Positions 25,411 through 35,081 of a stretch of DNA of 64,000 nt are shown here, piece by piece. The first letter of the stretch is position 1, and the number at the start of each line of letters is the position of its first letter. The DNA lies in sequence record MN871447.1, one strand, 5' to 3'. Position numbers and translations under genes: made by a program. Under the pieces are notes generated by a model. That model saw only the letters and a program-made list of their open reading frames with translations, did no database searches and was not told where the DNA came from.

Positions 25411-25854
25411 TTAAAAATACAAATGAACATCAACTAAGGCTGCACCCAATTCATCGTCGGTCATCCTCCTCACGATGACCGGGTCTAACTTACCGTTACC
25501 ACAGCCCAAATGCGTTAATGCAAGCGTGTTGACCTGTTCCCGTTCTACAAAGACTGCGATCCGTTTTAAACAGGCTTCTACCCACGGGTACCGAGAAGGG
25601 TAACGCCAATGGTCTTTAGTCGCCGCCAGTAACAGTCGCGTCCCGTCGTTCGCTTCCGTATACCAGACGTTCCCTGGTTTCCATTGGGCTTTATCGCACT
25701 GCGCTCTATACCGCGCGTAGACCTCAGGGTAGCGTTGCTTGCATGTCAAGGCGACTCCAGCACCCATTGCCCCTACGCAATTTACGGTTACGACCTTTAC
25801 GACCTCAGCCTCTTCCTCAAACAAATCCCCTTTCCGCAAATATAAAATACCCAC
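25411..25854 (-). CDS. Macrodomain protein (Poa1p/DarG-like ADP-ribose hydrolase)
   Basis: KGDLF, VNCVGAMGAGVA, KDHWR, LGCGNG. Confidence 0.85.
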   Translation of the reverse strand: MGILYLRKGDLFEEEAEVVKVVTVNCVGAMGAGVALTCKQRYPEVYARYRAQCDKAQWKPGNVWYTEANDGTRLLLAATKDHWRYPSRYPWVEACLKRIAVFVEREQVNTLALTHLGCGNGKLDPVIVRRMTDDELGAALVDVHLYF

Positions 25855-25956
25855 TTTCTTCTCCTGTTCTCATTATCGTTAAATGCTTCACAGAATCCAT
25901 CCTCAGCGGTTTTCTCTTCAAACCCGACCAAAGATATCTCTAAACAAAGAAAATGG

Positions 25957-26637
25957 TTAACGTTGCCAAATAGGGAGATTTCTTTTCTTCAGGTCTTTTA
26001 CCCGTGACATCCAAAACCGATGACTCAGTCGATACGGATACGGTAACAATACCCGACCATTATCCACAGGTTCAATCGAGTCAGTAAAGTACGCGTTCGG
26101 ACTGGAGATCGGATAGGTCGTCACGACGACATCGGTACCTGCCTTCTGTCTCTTTTCTAAACGCCTTTGAAACCGCCGGAGCTTGTAACGGTTTGCTTTT
26201 CGTCTTTGAGGTTCTACCGCCAACCCGTAGTACTGCACAAACGCTTTGAGCGCTACAGTTAAACGAGCGTAGGGAGAGAGTGCCACTTTATCCCAATCCA
26301 CTACGTGCCCTGAACCATCGTGTTCCACATCCATATTCGGGAACATCTCACCGACCAACCAATACTCGCTGACACTGGTACTATAGCCCAGGGGTTGGAG
26401 CGAATCGAAGGCTTTCCCATCGACCTCAATCCACGCGTGCCAGCCGTGGTCATTCCAGACGGCGCTATAGCCTTTCTTCAGGAGCGCGACACTCAGCGCT
26501 TGTCGAACTTGATAACAGCACCCGTTACTGAGAATGAATCGACTCTCGTCGACTGTTTCGTATTTCGGTCCTGTCAGATGAAATAATGTAATCAACGTTT
26601 TTAAGCAATCTTGTACGTACAACTGAGCTTCGGTCAT
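25957..26637 (-). CDS. Transglutaminase/papain-like protein with a Cys-His-Asp triad
   Basis: NGCCYQ...WHAWIEVDGKAFD. Confidence 0.5.
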   Translation of the reverse strand: MTEAQLYVQDCLKTLITLFHLTGPKYETVDESRFILSNGCCYQVRQALSVALLKKGYSAVWNDHGWHAWIEVDGKAFDSLQPLGYSTSVSEYWLVGEMFPNMDVEHDGSGHVVDWDKVALSPYARLTVALKAFVQYYGLAVEPQRRKANRYKLRRFQRRLEKRQKAGTDVVVTTYPISSPNAYFTDSIEPVDNGRVLLPYPYRLSHRFWMSRVKDLKKRNLPIWQR

Positions 26638-26754
26638 TTCTCCTCCGTTTGGTATTTTAAGAGCATAAAACGAAGTCCCTCACGGACTCCGATAAATAGT
26701 TAATCAAATAGTATTTAAAAAATGATTACCCTAAAAGAATAGGTCAACCCCAGT

Positions 26755-26886
26755 AACCGGCAAGGATGTCGTTCAGTCTACTCGATCTCGCTCCGTTCCG
26801 TATCCTCCCCCTCTACGAGTGTGAGTCTACTACACTACTCTCGCTCTCGTTCCCTTCACTCCTCTCTTCTTGCCGGTTTCAATTTT
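26755..26886 (-). ncRNA. Candidate purine-rich small RNA with six GGA motifs
   Basis: 10-bp inverted repeat 26755-26764/26869-26878 encloses a 104-nt, about 73% purine segment; TTATGAAC at 26887-26894. Confidence 0.4.
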
Positions 26887-27089
26887 GTTCATAATAATAA
26901 AAGTAGTAAAATTTTAATTTCCTCTATTCGAACGTTAGAGAGAATAGATTAGGAATATTTATTTCTTAGTTTATTTAATCCTTGAATTAACGATACTAAA
27001 GAATCTTTCGATAGAAAGAAATAAAACTCTCCCTCCTTCCGTCAGGAGAGAGATTGCCGTTCGGTATAAGTGAATAGGCGGCGGGGCGA

Positions 27090-27572
27090 TCAGCAGCGGC
27101 GAACCAGGTTGGCGGCTTTGAACATGGCCCGCGCCTTGTCGTCGAAGTGCGTCTCGTTTAAAATTCCTTCTCGTTTTAATTTCGTAAAGAAGCCGCAGCT
27201 TTGCAAGTCCCATGGATGCCAATAGACTTCTTTATCCTCTGCCTCTGGCATAATCGCTTTTACCAATTCTACTGCTAAGCCGGTTCCCCGATAACCAGAC
27301 CTCACGTAAAGCATTCCTTCCCAGACTCGTTTGTTCCCGCGTTCCCCTGGTATTAATACCACAACAGCGTCTTCCCGGTAGAAAATCGCTCGGCATGGAA
27401 TCTCTCCTTGCCGTTGGTCGTAGAGCGCCTCTAACATTTTCCCTTTGTACAAATAGAGTTCGTGTTCCAGACACAAACGATAAATCTCGCTGCTGTCGTT
27501 AATCTGTACGAAAGTCTCTTTAAAACGTTCCGTGATAGTCTCTACGCTTTTTATTAGTTTTGGACGAGTCAT
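27090..27572 (-). CDS. GNAT-like acetyltransferase
   Basis: LYVRSGYRGTGLAVELVK. Confidence 0.7.
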   Translation of the reverse strand: MTRPKLIKSVETITERFKETFVQINDSSEIYRLCLEHELYLYKGKMLEALYDQRQGEIPCRAIFYREDAVVVLIPGERGNKRVWEGMLYVRSGYRGTGLAVELVKAIMPEAEDKEVYWHPWDLQSCGFFTKLKREGILNETHFDDKARAMFKAANLVRRC

Positions 27573-27626
27573 TTTATTCCCCTGAAAATGAAATCGCTTA
27601 CAGAGCTTCCTGTTAGCTCTATTAAG

Positions 27627-27635
27627 GTAATATAT
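27627..27635 (-). promoter_or_regulatory. Early promoter ATATATTAC
   Basis: Exact phiKZ early consensus, 55 nt upstream of the GNAT gene. Confidence 0.7.
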
Positions 27636-27749
27636 GTTTTAAACCAACTTCACTGGTTAATTAACTTCTTACTATTTTAACGATAACAAAATAATTACAC
27701 AGGCGCACGACTGAGAGAGGCAAAACCTCTCTCAGTCGATGTGTTTTAC

Positions 27750-29933
27750 TTAGATGATCTGATTCAAGTGTGCGGTACGTGTGCTCAATACCCTTCCCCG
27801 GAAGAGTACCTCTTTACTCCGCCAGTAGTCGAGATGTTTATCAATGTTCATGCAAACAAAGCAATGATAACTCTGTGGGAATTTCTTCTCCCCTTTGAGT
27901 TCACGCAAACGCCCTAACGCCTGAACGTTCGCGTTTGGTGAGTCAATCGCAACGGTCAGATAGGCTTGCGTCAAGTTAGGGATATCCACCGCGGTACCGG
28001 ATTTACCAATCGTACTGAAAATGATATCCGAATCCAGTAACAATTGATAATCGTCTCCTGATGTAAAGGAGTTGATCACCAGTTCCGGGAGACGTTTCCT
28101 GAAGAACGTGGCCAGGCGCTGGCACATCTCAATAGTCGCCGAGAAGATTAACAGCTTATGTTCCCTTTTCCTCTTCTCTAACCAGTTATCCTTGGTGTAG
28201 TCAAAAAGCGATTCTTGCCACCGTTGCTCTCGTTGCCTGTCTGCCATGATCCAGGCTTCGTACGTCGTATGACTGTACGACCCTTGACCTCCGACGACTT
28301 TCGCTTTCTGCCAATCCTTCAGATTATACTGGACTTTCACCAGATCGATATACCTACTTGGTTGCCCGCCATTTCGCCGCAGTTTTTTCGGTAAGAAGGT
28401 TTCGTAGATGAAAAGTTGAAAATCCATCTTAGCCAATAACGTAGCGGTCAAATAAATCTTTTTCGGAACATGCGAATAGAGATCAGAGACAAAGTTCGCA
28501 TGAATTTCTTTATGCGCTTCATCAATGATAACCAGACCTATCCCCAGAAACTCCCAGAGATCTCTCGGATTGATATCTTCGCAATCAGTCCCAACCACTC
28601 TCCCGTTATTCCAGTTCTTGTAAAAGTCCCTCAACGTGGCTGTGGAAATGAAAATCGCCTTAACATTATCAATACCGGTAGTCTTCGCTTCCCGTAATAA
28701 ACGATAGAGCTTTACACAACCGCAGCACGAACGAACCTCTTCCGGCTTGAGATTGAGTTTAGCGTAAAACTCCGGTATCCATCGATCCTCGTAGCCGCCG
28801 AGTGTTACCACCGCAAAACGGGTTCCGTTATTCTTTGCCATCGCCAATGAACAAGCCGTGTTATGGGTCACGATATAGTCATCGGTGATGTAGAGATGTT
28901 CAGGGTCATCAATCATGATGCACTGAGTGGCCTCAGGCTCGCGTTCTTCGATTGAAGTAATAGCTAACCGCTCTTGGGTGAAATCGACACGTAATGTGTC
29001 CCTTGCCTCATCTAAGTAGGCAAGGCCACCATAAGCCCGTGCGGTATATTGTATTGCCTCCAACAATTCAAGGCCCCCTAAACTAACCGTAAACTCCATT
29101 TCGTCCTGCGAGGTCTCTGTTACCATTCGGAAGTCGGCAGGTAAAGTCTGACCGAGAATGAGCGGCACAGAGAAAGAACTTTCCCCTAGCCGGTCTTTTA
29201 TTTCGCGGGTCGTGATAACTTTATCTTGTTGTTCCTCGTTTTCTCGTACTGACCAGAGATGTTCCGGGTTAACATCGGTATACCGCCCATCAGCAAAGTG
29301 GATACGCCAGACGTCAGTCACGCCCTGCGGGAAGACCCCTATGACAGAAGCGAGGCGCCTCTTAGGTGTCACGACCTGTTGCCCGACTTTCATCTCGCCC
29401 ATGGTTAACCAACCGTCAGGGACTCTGATCTTAGAAGAAAGCGTCTGAGCCTTACCGAACCCAGGCTCTGCGGTGATCGCTTTCTGGATACCGGGACCCG
29501 AACCGAATTCAATAATCGGCACCTGGTTATCCCACGGTGTGAAGTCCATCTCAAACTCAAACTTCACCGGTTCGTACATCGGAACAACATCGATTTCAAA
29601 CGTGCAGCCATTCCATTGGTATTTTTCCGCTTCCTGTTTAAAGCGTTCCAGTGTGTTGATGTGGAAACACGTCTCTTCCGTTTCAAGGTCTCGGCGTGCG
29701 TAAACCTTGGTAGGTTCCATTCGGAATCGCCCACGTTTCTTCACTAAGTTTTTCTCAATAAAGTGCTCAGTGAATTGTCGACGGAATTGTCGGCCTTTGG
29801 CGGTATAGGCAAAAACGGAAAAGTAGTGGCTATATTGCGTGATACGTAGATCCAATGTCTTAGCCCTCACAGGTGATAATCGAATCTCGTAGATTCTTTT
29901 CTCTAGGTATAGGTCTCTATAGGAATTACTCAC
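27750..29933 (-). CDS. SF2 (UvsW/RAD25-like) helicase, phiKZ gp75-like, containing an intein
   Basis: Walker A EPGFGK|T split by the intein; IIDEAH; LTAT; QALGRLR; downstream of the nvRNAP genes. Confidence 0.88.
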   Translation of the reverse strand: MSNSYRDLYLEKRIYEIRLSPVRAKTLDLRITQYSHYFSVFAYTAKGRQFRRQFTEHFIEKNLVKKRGRFRMEPTKVYARRDLETEETCFHINTLERFKQEAEKYQWNGCTFEIDVVPMYEPVKFEFEMDFTPWDNQVPIIEFGSGPGIQKAITAEPGFGKAQTLSSKIRVPDGWLTMGEMKVGQQVVTPKRRLASVIGVFPQGVTDVWRIHFADGRYTDVNPEHLWSVRENEEQQDKVITTREIKDRLGESSFSVPLILGQTLPADFRMVTETSQDEMEFTVSLGGLELLEAIQYTARAYGGLAYLDEARDTLRVDFTQERLAITSIEEREPEATQCIMIDDPEHLYITDDYIVTHNTACSLAMAKNNGTRFAVVTLGGYEDRWIPEFYAKLNLKPEEVRSCCGCVKLYRLLREAKTTGIDNVKAIFISTATLRDFYKNWNNGRVVGTDCEDINPRDLWEFLGIGLVIIDEAHKEIHANFVSDLYSHVPKKIYLTATLLAKMDFQLFIYETFLPKKLRRNGGQPSRYIDLVKVQYNLKDWQKAKVVGGQGSYSHTTYEAWIMADRQREQRWQESLFDYTKDNWLEKRKREHKLLIFSATIEMCQRLATFFRKRLPELVINSFTSGDDYQLLLDSDIIFSTIGKSGTAVDIPNLTQAYLTVAIDSPNANVQALGRLRELKGEKKFPQSYHCFVCMNIDKHLDYWRSKEVLFRGRVLSTRTAHLNQII
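28860..29450 (-). mobile_element. 197-aa class-3 intein with a degenerate endonuclease remnant
   Basis: Begins AQTLSSKIRVPDGW; block B PEHLW; block F TQCIMID; ends VTHN; +1 residue Thr. Confidence 0.9.
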
Positions 29934-29999
29934 TTAGTGTAAAAATACCGTAGATAAAACAAAAAAAAGAAGGAGGGAATTACCCCTCCTTCTCTCACC

Positions 30000-31967
30000 T
30001 TAGATACGTTTTAAACGCATTTCCTTATCGACATCCAACAACAGATAGTCGAAGGGATGGTTCTCTTTAATCGGGTCATACGAGCCCGGAGAGAGCATGT
30101 TTTGATACTGCTTCTCGTAAGCACATTTCACCGAGAGACTCCGTCCAGACATGATATCGGATTTCGTAGCGAAGTAACGTCCCGTCCCTTTCTTCGGTAA
30201 ACGGAAATCGCCATTCTTCGGATCACGCGACATCATGGCGTAAAGGACAATTTCCACAATCGCCAGGTTAACCGAGAACTTACGGTTCGTCATTTCCGAA
30301 ATGTCTTTCAACGCCATCGCCAGAATGTCAGGGTCGGTTAAGTCATACCGTAACCGCTCTTTCGATTCCTTACTCGACATGAAGATATTGGATTTTAACT
30401 CCATCATCATCTCGAGCGTCGAGCTATGACGTTCCGGGAATTTCAGAATACTTTCTGAAGGGTCCCAGTTTTTCAGATCAACCCGAATCTTACGCCCTAA
30501 GTTCTGGAAACCGTAATCCTTCATGTGCTGAATAAAGGCAGCGGTTAAGAACGGTTTATAAGACGAATGACTTGTAGCGATCAATTCTTCCTTGATAGTC
30601 CCTTTGACATCGCCTTGGTGAACGATGATCATGACGTCTTCTACGCCTGAAATACGGCGGAGGTCATTTTGACTGAACTCGGTCATCGCATGAATATCGG
30701 AAAGACGTGGCAGATACGCCATATCGATTTCGATTTCCACATGATGATTCCAGATCGCCTCAGACAGCATCAGCTCAGAAATATCCGACGCATTGACCAT
30801 ATAGTCCTTATAGAACGGATCGATTTCAAAACCTTCCGTCTCAGCAGAGCGCAGAAGGTGTTTCGTCGAGATAACGTCCTGAGAGACCTTTTCGTTCTGG
30901 GTTACGGTTGCAGCATGTCCCAGGTTAGTGCCTCGTTGTACGGATCGCGCCAACTGGCCCATACAGGTGCTACAGACTACGCCGTCATCGGGGTGCCAAC
31001 AACACGCCACATTCCGCAGCTGGATCGTTTTCCCTACCAGGAAGACGTCTCCTGCCTTAATGGCTTTGAGTTGTCCTGTTTCAGTGAGATAAAACTTACC
31101 GGGTAAGATATTATCCAGTTCGTTTTTCTTCACCGTCCACGGGATCGTTTCCGTACTTCCGCAATCCCCCATCCAAATGCTCTTCACAACGTACGTAAAG
31201 AGCTGCAGCTCACGGTTATAATACTCCGTCTGCTTAACAGGATCGTCCGTCGCCTGGAGCGCTTTAGAGGCGTCTCTGGAGATCATGGCGAAGAAACTGG
31301 CCCGATGTATCCCTTCGAAGAAACCCGCATTGACGACGTTAGGAAAGATGCTCTGATCAACTTCAGAACACCACCCTCGTTTCCCGATGACCTGGTGGAA
31401 CTGCGCCATCTTCGTCTGACCGATGTGACAGGCCAGCGCCATGCTGTTCCCTTGTAAGAAGGGGTCAGTGGCAATCACACGGGAAATCACCCCGTATGCA
31501 CGGTTGACCCCGCCAGGGCTCGGTTCCATGTTATAGAGCGCATTCTGGATCTCAGGGCGGTCGTAGATATCCAATAACGTCAGAACATCAACGGTATCGA
31601 TATACGCCTCGCCGCGCGTCGTGAAGGCATTGTGTAACCGGTTATTGCCGCGATAGATAGCAGCCTGTAGGTTTTCAATGTCTTCATGCGGATACGCTTC
31701 GAGAACAACCTCCTTCATGCGGTTGAGGATTTTTAATTCCAACCCCGGCGAATCAAAGTCATCCCAGAGATGATGACGAATACTGATTTGTGCGTCAGGG
31801 TAGTCTCGAAATACCTCCCAGAAATACCAACTAACAATCGTCTGCGACCAATCTGTAATGATCTCGCCATCACTGAAGACTAAACGAAATCGATCGTGGT
31901 CGTGTTCCTTTTTCCAGAGTTCTTCCTCGGTCCAGTGTACGATGTCTTCTGCCCACACAACTTGCAT
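30000..31967 (-). CDS. Non-virion RNAP beta-prime middle/C-terminal subunit (phiKZ gp74-like)
   Basis: Zn site CWH...VCSTCMG; trigger-loop-like HAATVTQNEKVSQDVISTKH; bridge-helix-like KQTEYYNREL. Confidence 0.85.
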   Translation of the reverse strand: MQVVWAEDIVHWTEEELWKKEHDHDRFRLVFSDGEIITDWSQTIVSWYFWEVFRDYPDAQISIRHHLWDDFDSPGLELKILNRMKEVVLEAYPHEDIENLQAAIYRGNNRLHNAFTTRGEAYIDTVDVLTLLDIYDRPEIQNALYNMEPSPGGVNRAYGVISRVIATDPFLQGNSMALACHIGQTKMAQFHQVIGKRGWCSEVDQSIFPNVVNAGFFEGIHRASFFAMISRDASKALQATDDPVKQTEYYNRELQLFTYVVKSIWMGDCGSTETIPWTVKKNELDNILPGKFYLTETGQLKAIKAGDVFLVGKTIQLRNVACCWHPDDGVVCSTCMGQLARSVQRGTNLGHAATVTQNEKVSQDVISTKHLLRSAETEGFEIDPFYKDYMVNASDISELMLSEAIWNHHVEIEIDMAYLPRLSDIHAMTEFSQNDLRRISGVEDVMIIVHQGDVKGTIKEELIATSHSSYKPFLTAAFIQHMKDYGFQNLGRKIRVDLKNWDPSESILKFPERHSSTLEMMMELKSNIFMSSKESKERLRYDLTDPDILAMALKDISEMTNRKFSVNLAIVEIVLYAMMSRDPKNGDFRLPKKGTGRYFATKSDIMSGRSLSVKCAYEKQYQNMLSPGSYDPIKENHPFDYLLLDVDKEMRLKRI

Positions 31968-34237
31968 TATTCATCCTCTTCGAGCGCGTCGTTATCTTCT
32001 TCTGGAATTTCAAACTCATCTTCCAGTTCCGGGTCTTCATCGTAGTTGATTTCTATTTCAGGAATGTCGGAGAAATCGTCTCTGTAACCCGGCTTGGTTC
32101 GGGTTGCCGCTCGGATTTTCTCTTCTTCCACTGGGGTAATGTTATCCACGTTCATGTACGCCATTTTCACCCCTGAGCAATAGAGTGTATTGTTCAGATA
32201 GTTCAGCGCCATGCTGTTACCCAGCGGGATCTCGTTACGGTCAATACAGAAATCGAGATCAACAGGGTTTTCCGCAGAGATAATCTTACTCCATTGGTAT
32301 TCCTGCGCTTTCGGGTTATTGGCACGATCCAGCATATCAGCCGCCCACTTCCCGCCAACGATACCAACATAGTTTCGAATCTCCGATTCACCGAAGAGAC
32401 GGAACGGGATTTTACGGAAAGGTAAGTTGAAACGCTCACGACCGGAAGGCTTGGTAGGAACACCATGCACCTGTCGTTTAGCGATATCCACTGCACCCCA
32501 GTCATGGCCGGTTTTCTCAAGGACAATGACCTTGATTTCCCCGATCATCGTTGGCTTCGTACTGGTAACACGTTCGCCCAGATCATTGATCCAGGTAACA
32601 TGCTCAACCGGTTCAGGAAATGCCTCACGTAACCGCCGACATTGTTCTGCCCCCAGGCCCGGTGTGTACGGTGGCATATAGGCGAAAATCGCATCTTCTG
32701 CCACGGCATCAACGTGTTGTTTAATCCGATCAAACGACCAGTTTTGCTGATCAATCTTATCGAGATAAACAGGCGTCGCCGCCCGATAATAACGACGAAG
32801 TAATTCGTAACATTCGAGATACGTCTCCTTACTCTTACTCTCCTTCAGCATGGCACGAATCGGTTTCTCCACCCTCTGTTCGGCGATGTAATTACAATAC
32901 TGCTCGATGAACATACTGGGGTTCATTCGGTTTGCAATACTGAAACCGTCAACGATCAGGTCAGCAGTCGTTCCGTCTTCATAACGCGGCATTTTAGCAC
33001 GAGGTTTCTTCGCACAGATAACGCCTTTCATGCCATAGTCAGTCGAGAGCTTATAACCGATAGTGGGGGTGATGTCGTACATGAAAGAGATCTTCACGTA
33101 CAGCGTGGGGATGCTCTGTTTCTTTAAACGGAAACGTCGTTTTCCTTCTGGGGCCGAAGTGAAGACGATTGCATCAGTGATAAGACGATGGAGTTTCTTC
33201 GACAGTGCGGGTTCCTTTCCTTGCCCTGCTTCACGACGCAGTTGACGATAGACTTTGACGATCGCATCCATGTAACGCAATTTCGCTTTCCACAGACGTG
33301 TGATCGCATCATCTTCACCGTATTCTTTCCCGGTAAACTCCGGCATGGCATCAAGTTTATCCCCATCAGACATCCACAGGTCGATATCAACGACTCGCGC
33401 ATTCTCAACGCCTGCTTCGATAAAATATTTCTCATCGAAATAGTAGTCGTAATCTTCCATGGCTTCCGCTGTCATTTCGACACAACCTAACATGTCGTCA
33501 TATTCGCGCAGCGCCATTAAGAGTCCGTCTTTACGAATCTGCTCACCTGGTAACGGAAGAGGACGATAACGTTTACTGTTCCCGTAGGTATTGATCGGGT
33601 ACTTACCTTTAGGAACAATAATCGTGACCTCGCCAAAGCCCGTGGTCTGATTCTCCTTACACCATTCTTCTGACACCAGAAAACCGTCTTCGGTCACAGC
33701 GTGATGACTTTGGAAGGTTGTTTTGGTACGGGTAGAATAAATGTAATCGCCGTCTGGCGTTACCCCCGGAGAACGATTGAGTCGAACTCCTCGCTGAAGA
33801 ATCTCGCCAGGCCGCATGAGTTTTTGATTCTCTATGACCGGGACGAATTCAAAGCCGAAGCTAGTGTGATGGGAACAATAGGTATCGTAGTCCAGGTAGT
33901 CGTATTCACGCGTTTCCATGTTACGTACGATAACAATCTTTTTCGGGTTACTTTTAAAACTCTCGGAACCTCGACCCACCTCAAACTTGTCGATTACCGC
34001 AATCACTTCCGCAGGGAACTGAACACGACAACCGAAAGTATATTCGGCATACTCTTTCTCAACACCCACGAAAAAGCGGGGTCGATTGATCCCTTTTGTG
34101 ATCAGTTTTTGCTGTATCTGCGATGCCAGCATAACCAAACGAGAAGGCGAAGTACAAACTGCCCAGGGTCCGAGGTGAGTGGCTGTCCCTATCAGATCAA
34201 CATCCATTTGATGTTCATTAGGTAACTTTTCTCTCAT
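31967..34237 (-). CDS. Non-virion RNAP beta C-terminal subunit (phiKZ gp71-73-like), uninterrupted
   Basis: SPSRLVMLASQIQQ; TEDGF; GYKLSTDYGMKGV (cf. GDKLSGRHGQKG); NRMNPS; RLFGESE. Confidence 0.9.
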   Translation of the reverse strand: MREKLPNEHQMDVDLIGTATHLGPWAVCTSPSRLVMLASQIQQKLITKGINRPRFFVGVEKEYAEYTFGCRVQFPAEVIAVIDKFEVGRGSESFKSNPKKIVIVRNMETREYDYLDYDTYCSHHTSFGFEFVPVIENQKLMRPGEILQRGVRLNRSPGVTPDGDYIYSTRTKTTFQSHHAVTEDGFLVSEEWCKENQTTGFGEVTIIVPKGKYPINTYGNSKRYRPLPLPGEQIRKDGLLMALREYDDMLGCVEMTAEAMEDYDYYFDEKYFIEAGVENARVVDIDLWMSDGDKLDAMPEFTGKEYGEDDAITRLWKAKLRYMDAIVKVYRQLRREAGQGKEPALSKKLHRLITDAIVFTSAPEGKRRFRLKKQSIPTLYVKISFMYDITPTIGYKLSTDYGMKGVICAKKPRAKMPRYEDGTTADLIVDGFSIANRMNPSMFIEQYCNYIAEQRVEKPIRAMLKESKSKETYLECYELLRRYYRAATPVYLDKIDQQNWSFDRIKQHVDAVAEDAIFAYMPPYTPGLGAEQCRRLREAFPEPVEHVTWINDLGERVTSTKPTMIGEIKVIVLEKTGHDWGAVDIAKRQVHGVPTKPSGRERFNLPFRKIPFRLFGESEIRNYVGIVGGKWAADMLDRANNPKAQEYQWSKIISAENPVDLDFCIDRNEIPLGNSMALNYLNNTLYCSGVKMAYMNVDNITPVEEEKIRAATRTKPGYRDDFSDIPEIEINYDEDPELEDEFEIPEEDNDALEEDE

Positions 34238-34317
34238 GACAGACTAAACCCCTTTATGCTTCTTTCACGATAGTTAAAAATAGATTTAGACTCAGTGTCT
34301 AAACAGCCTTCAATAGA

Positions 34318-34326
34318 GTGATATAT
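34318..34326 (-). promoter_or_regulatory. Putative early promoter ATATATCAC for the nvRNAP beta operon
   Basis: TATATTAC variant upstream of the 34237 start. Confidence 0.55.
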
Positions 34327-34354
34327 TCTTTAAGTCAGTTGGAGAAACCTTGTT

Positions 34355-34705
34355 ATGGCAGAACCTTTAATAACGAAATTGAGGAACCCAGGACAACCTC
34401 AATATTACACGGAAAGTTGGCTGAATTGTGTTGAAGATCATTTACTGTTCCTTCAAGACCCAGGTAACGGCGAAACTTACCGTCCCACGGGAATGGAGCG
34501 AGCACGGTATAAAGGAAGGTTCTACGCTTTCCTCCGTGACGTAGCGAAGGTAACGCAACCACAATACTTTTACCCTTATCTTCGTGCTAACAACATGACA
34601 TCACCCGATCAATTCGGGGAAAAGTTTGATTTGCTCATCTTCCCTTCAATTAATAAAATCGAGCAGATATACACGCGGTATACGTCGTCTCTGCCGACGA
34701 ATTAA
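34355..34705 (+). CDS. Small protein with a LysM/baseplate-like motif
   Basis: YPYLRANNMTSPDQF resembles LysM-type W..I..N...P; inference. Confidence 0.45.
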   Translation: MAEPLITKLRNPGQPQYYTESWLNCVEDHLLFLQDPGNGETYRPTGMERARYKGRFYAFLRDVAKVTQPQYFYPYLRANNMTSPDQFGEKFDLLIFPSINKIEQIYTRYTSSLPTN

Positions 34706-34796
34706 AAGGTTTTCTATATCATTAGACCCAGCCGTTGAAAATGAGAAAACAAAAAATAAAGAGAAGAGGCGAAAACCTCTTCTCGTTTATAACGAA

Positions 34797-35027
34797 TTAA
34801 TTGGGTTCGAAAACATCGGGTGAGTAGCTAAGAAAGTTGTCTACAGCACCGACCGGTATTTCCAGAAACGCAGCAATTTCTTCGTTGAGATAGCCCCGCT
34901 CAGCCGCCGATACCACCAAACGATGCAGGTGATTATCGATCGTTGTCCGGTAGAGATTAACTTGTGCCTCTACGTCGTCGAGGATAAGTTTCATCTGCGA
35001 ATCGTCTTTTGATTGACGCATTTTCAT
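34797..35027 (-). CDS. Small HTH protein, paralogue of 19225-19569
   Basis: RGYLNEEIAAFLEIPVGAVDNF. Confidence 0.6.
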   Translation of the reverse strand: MKMRQSKDDSQMKLILDDVEAQVNLYRTTIDNHLHRLVVSAAERGYLNEEIAAFLEIPVGAVDNFLSYSPDVFEPN

Positions 35028-35081
35028 CTCCTTAAAAGAACAGATTGAGAGAGGGCAAATGCCCTCTCTCGGTTTTATGTC

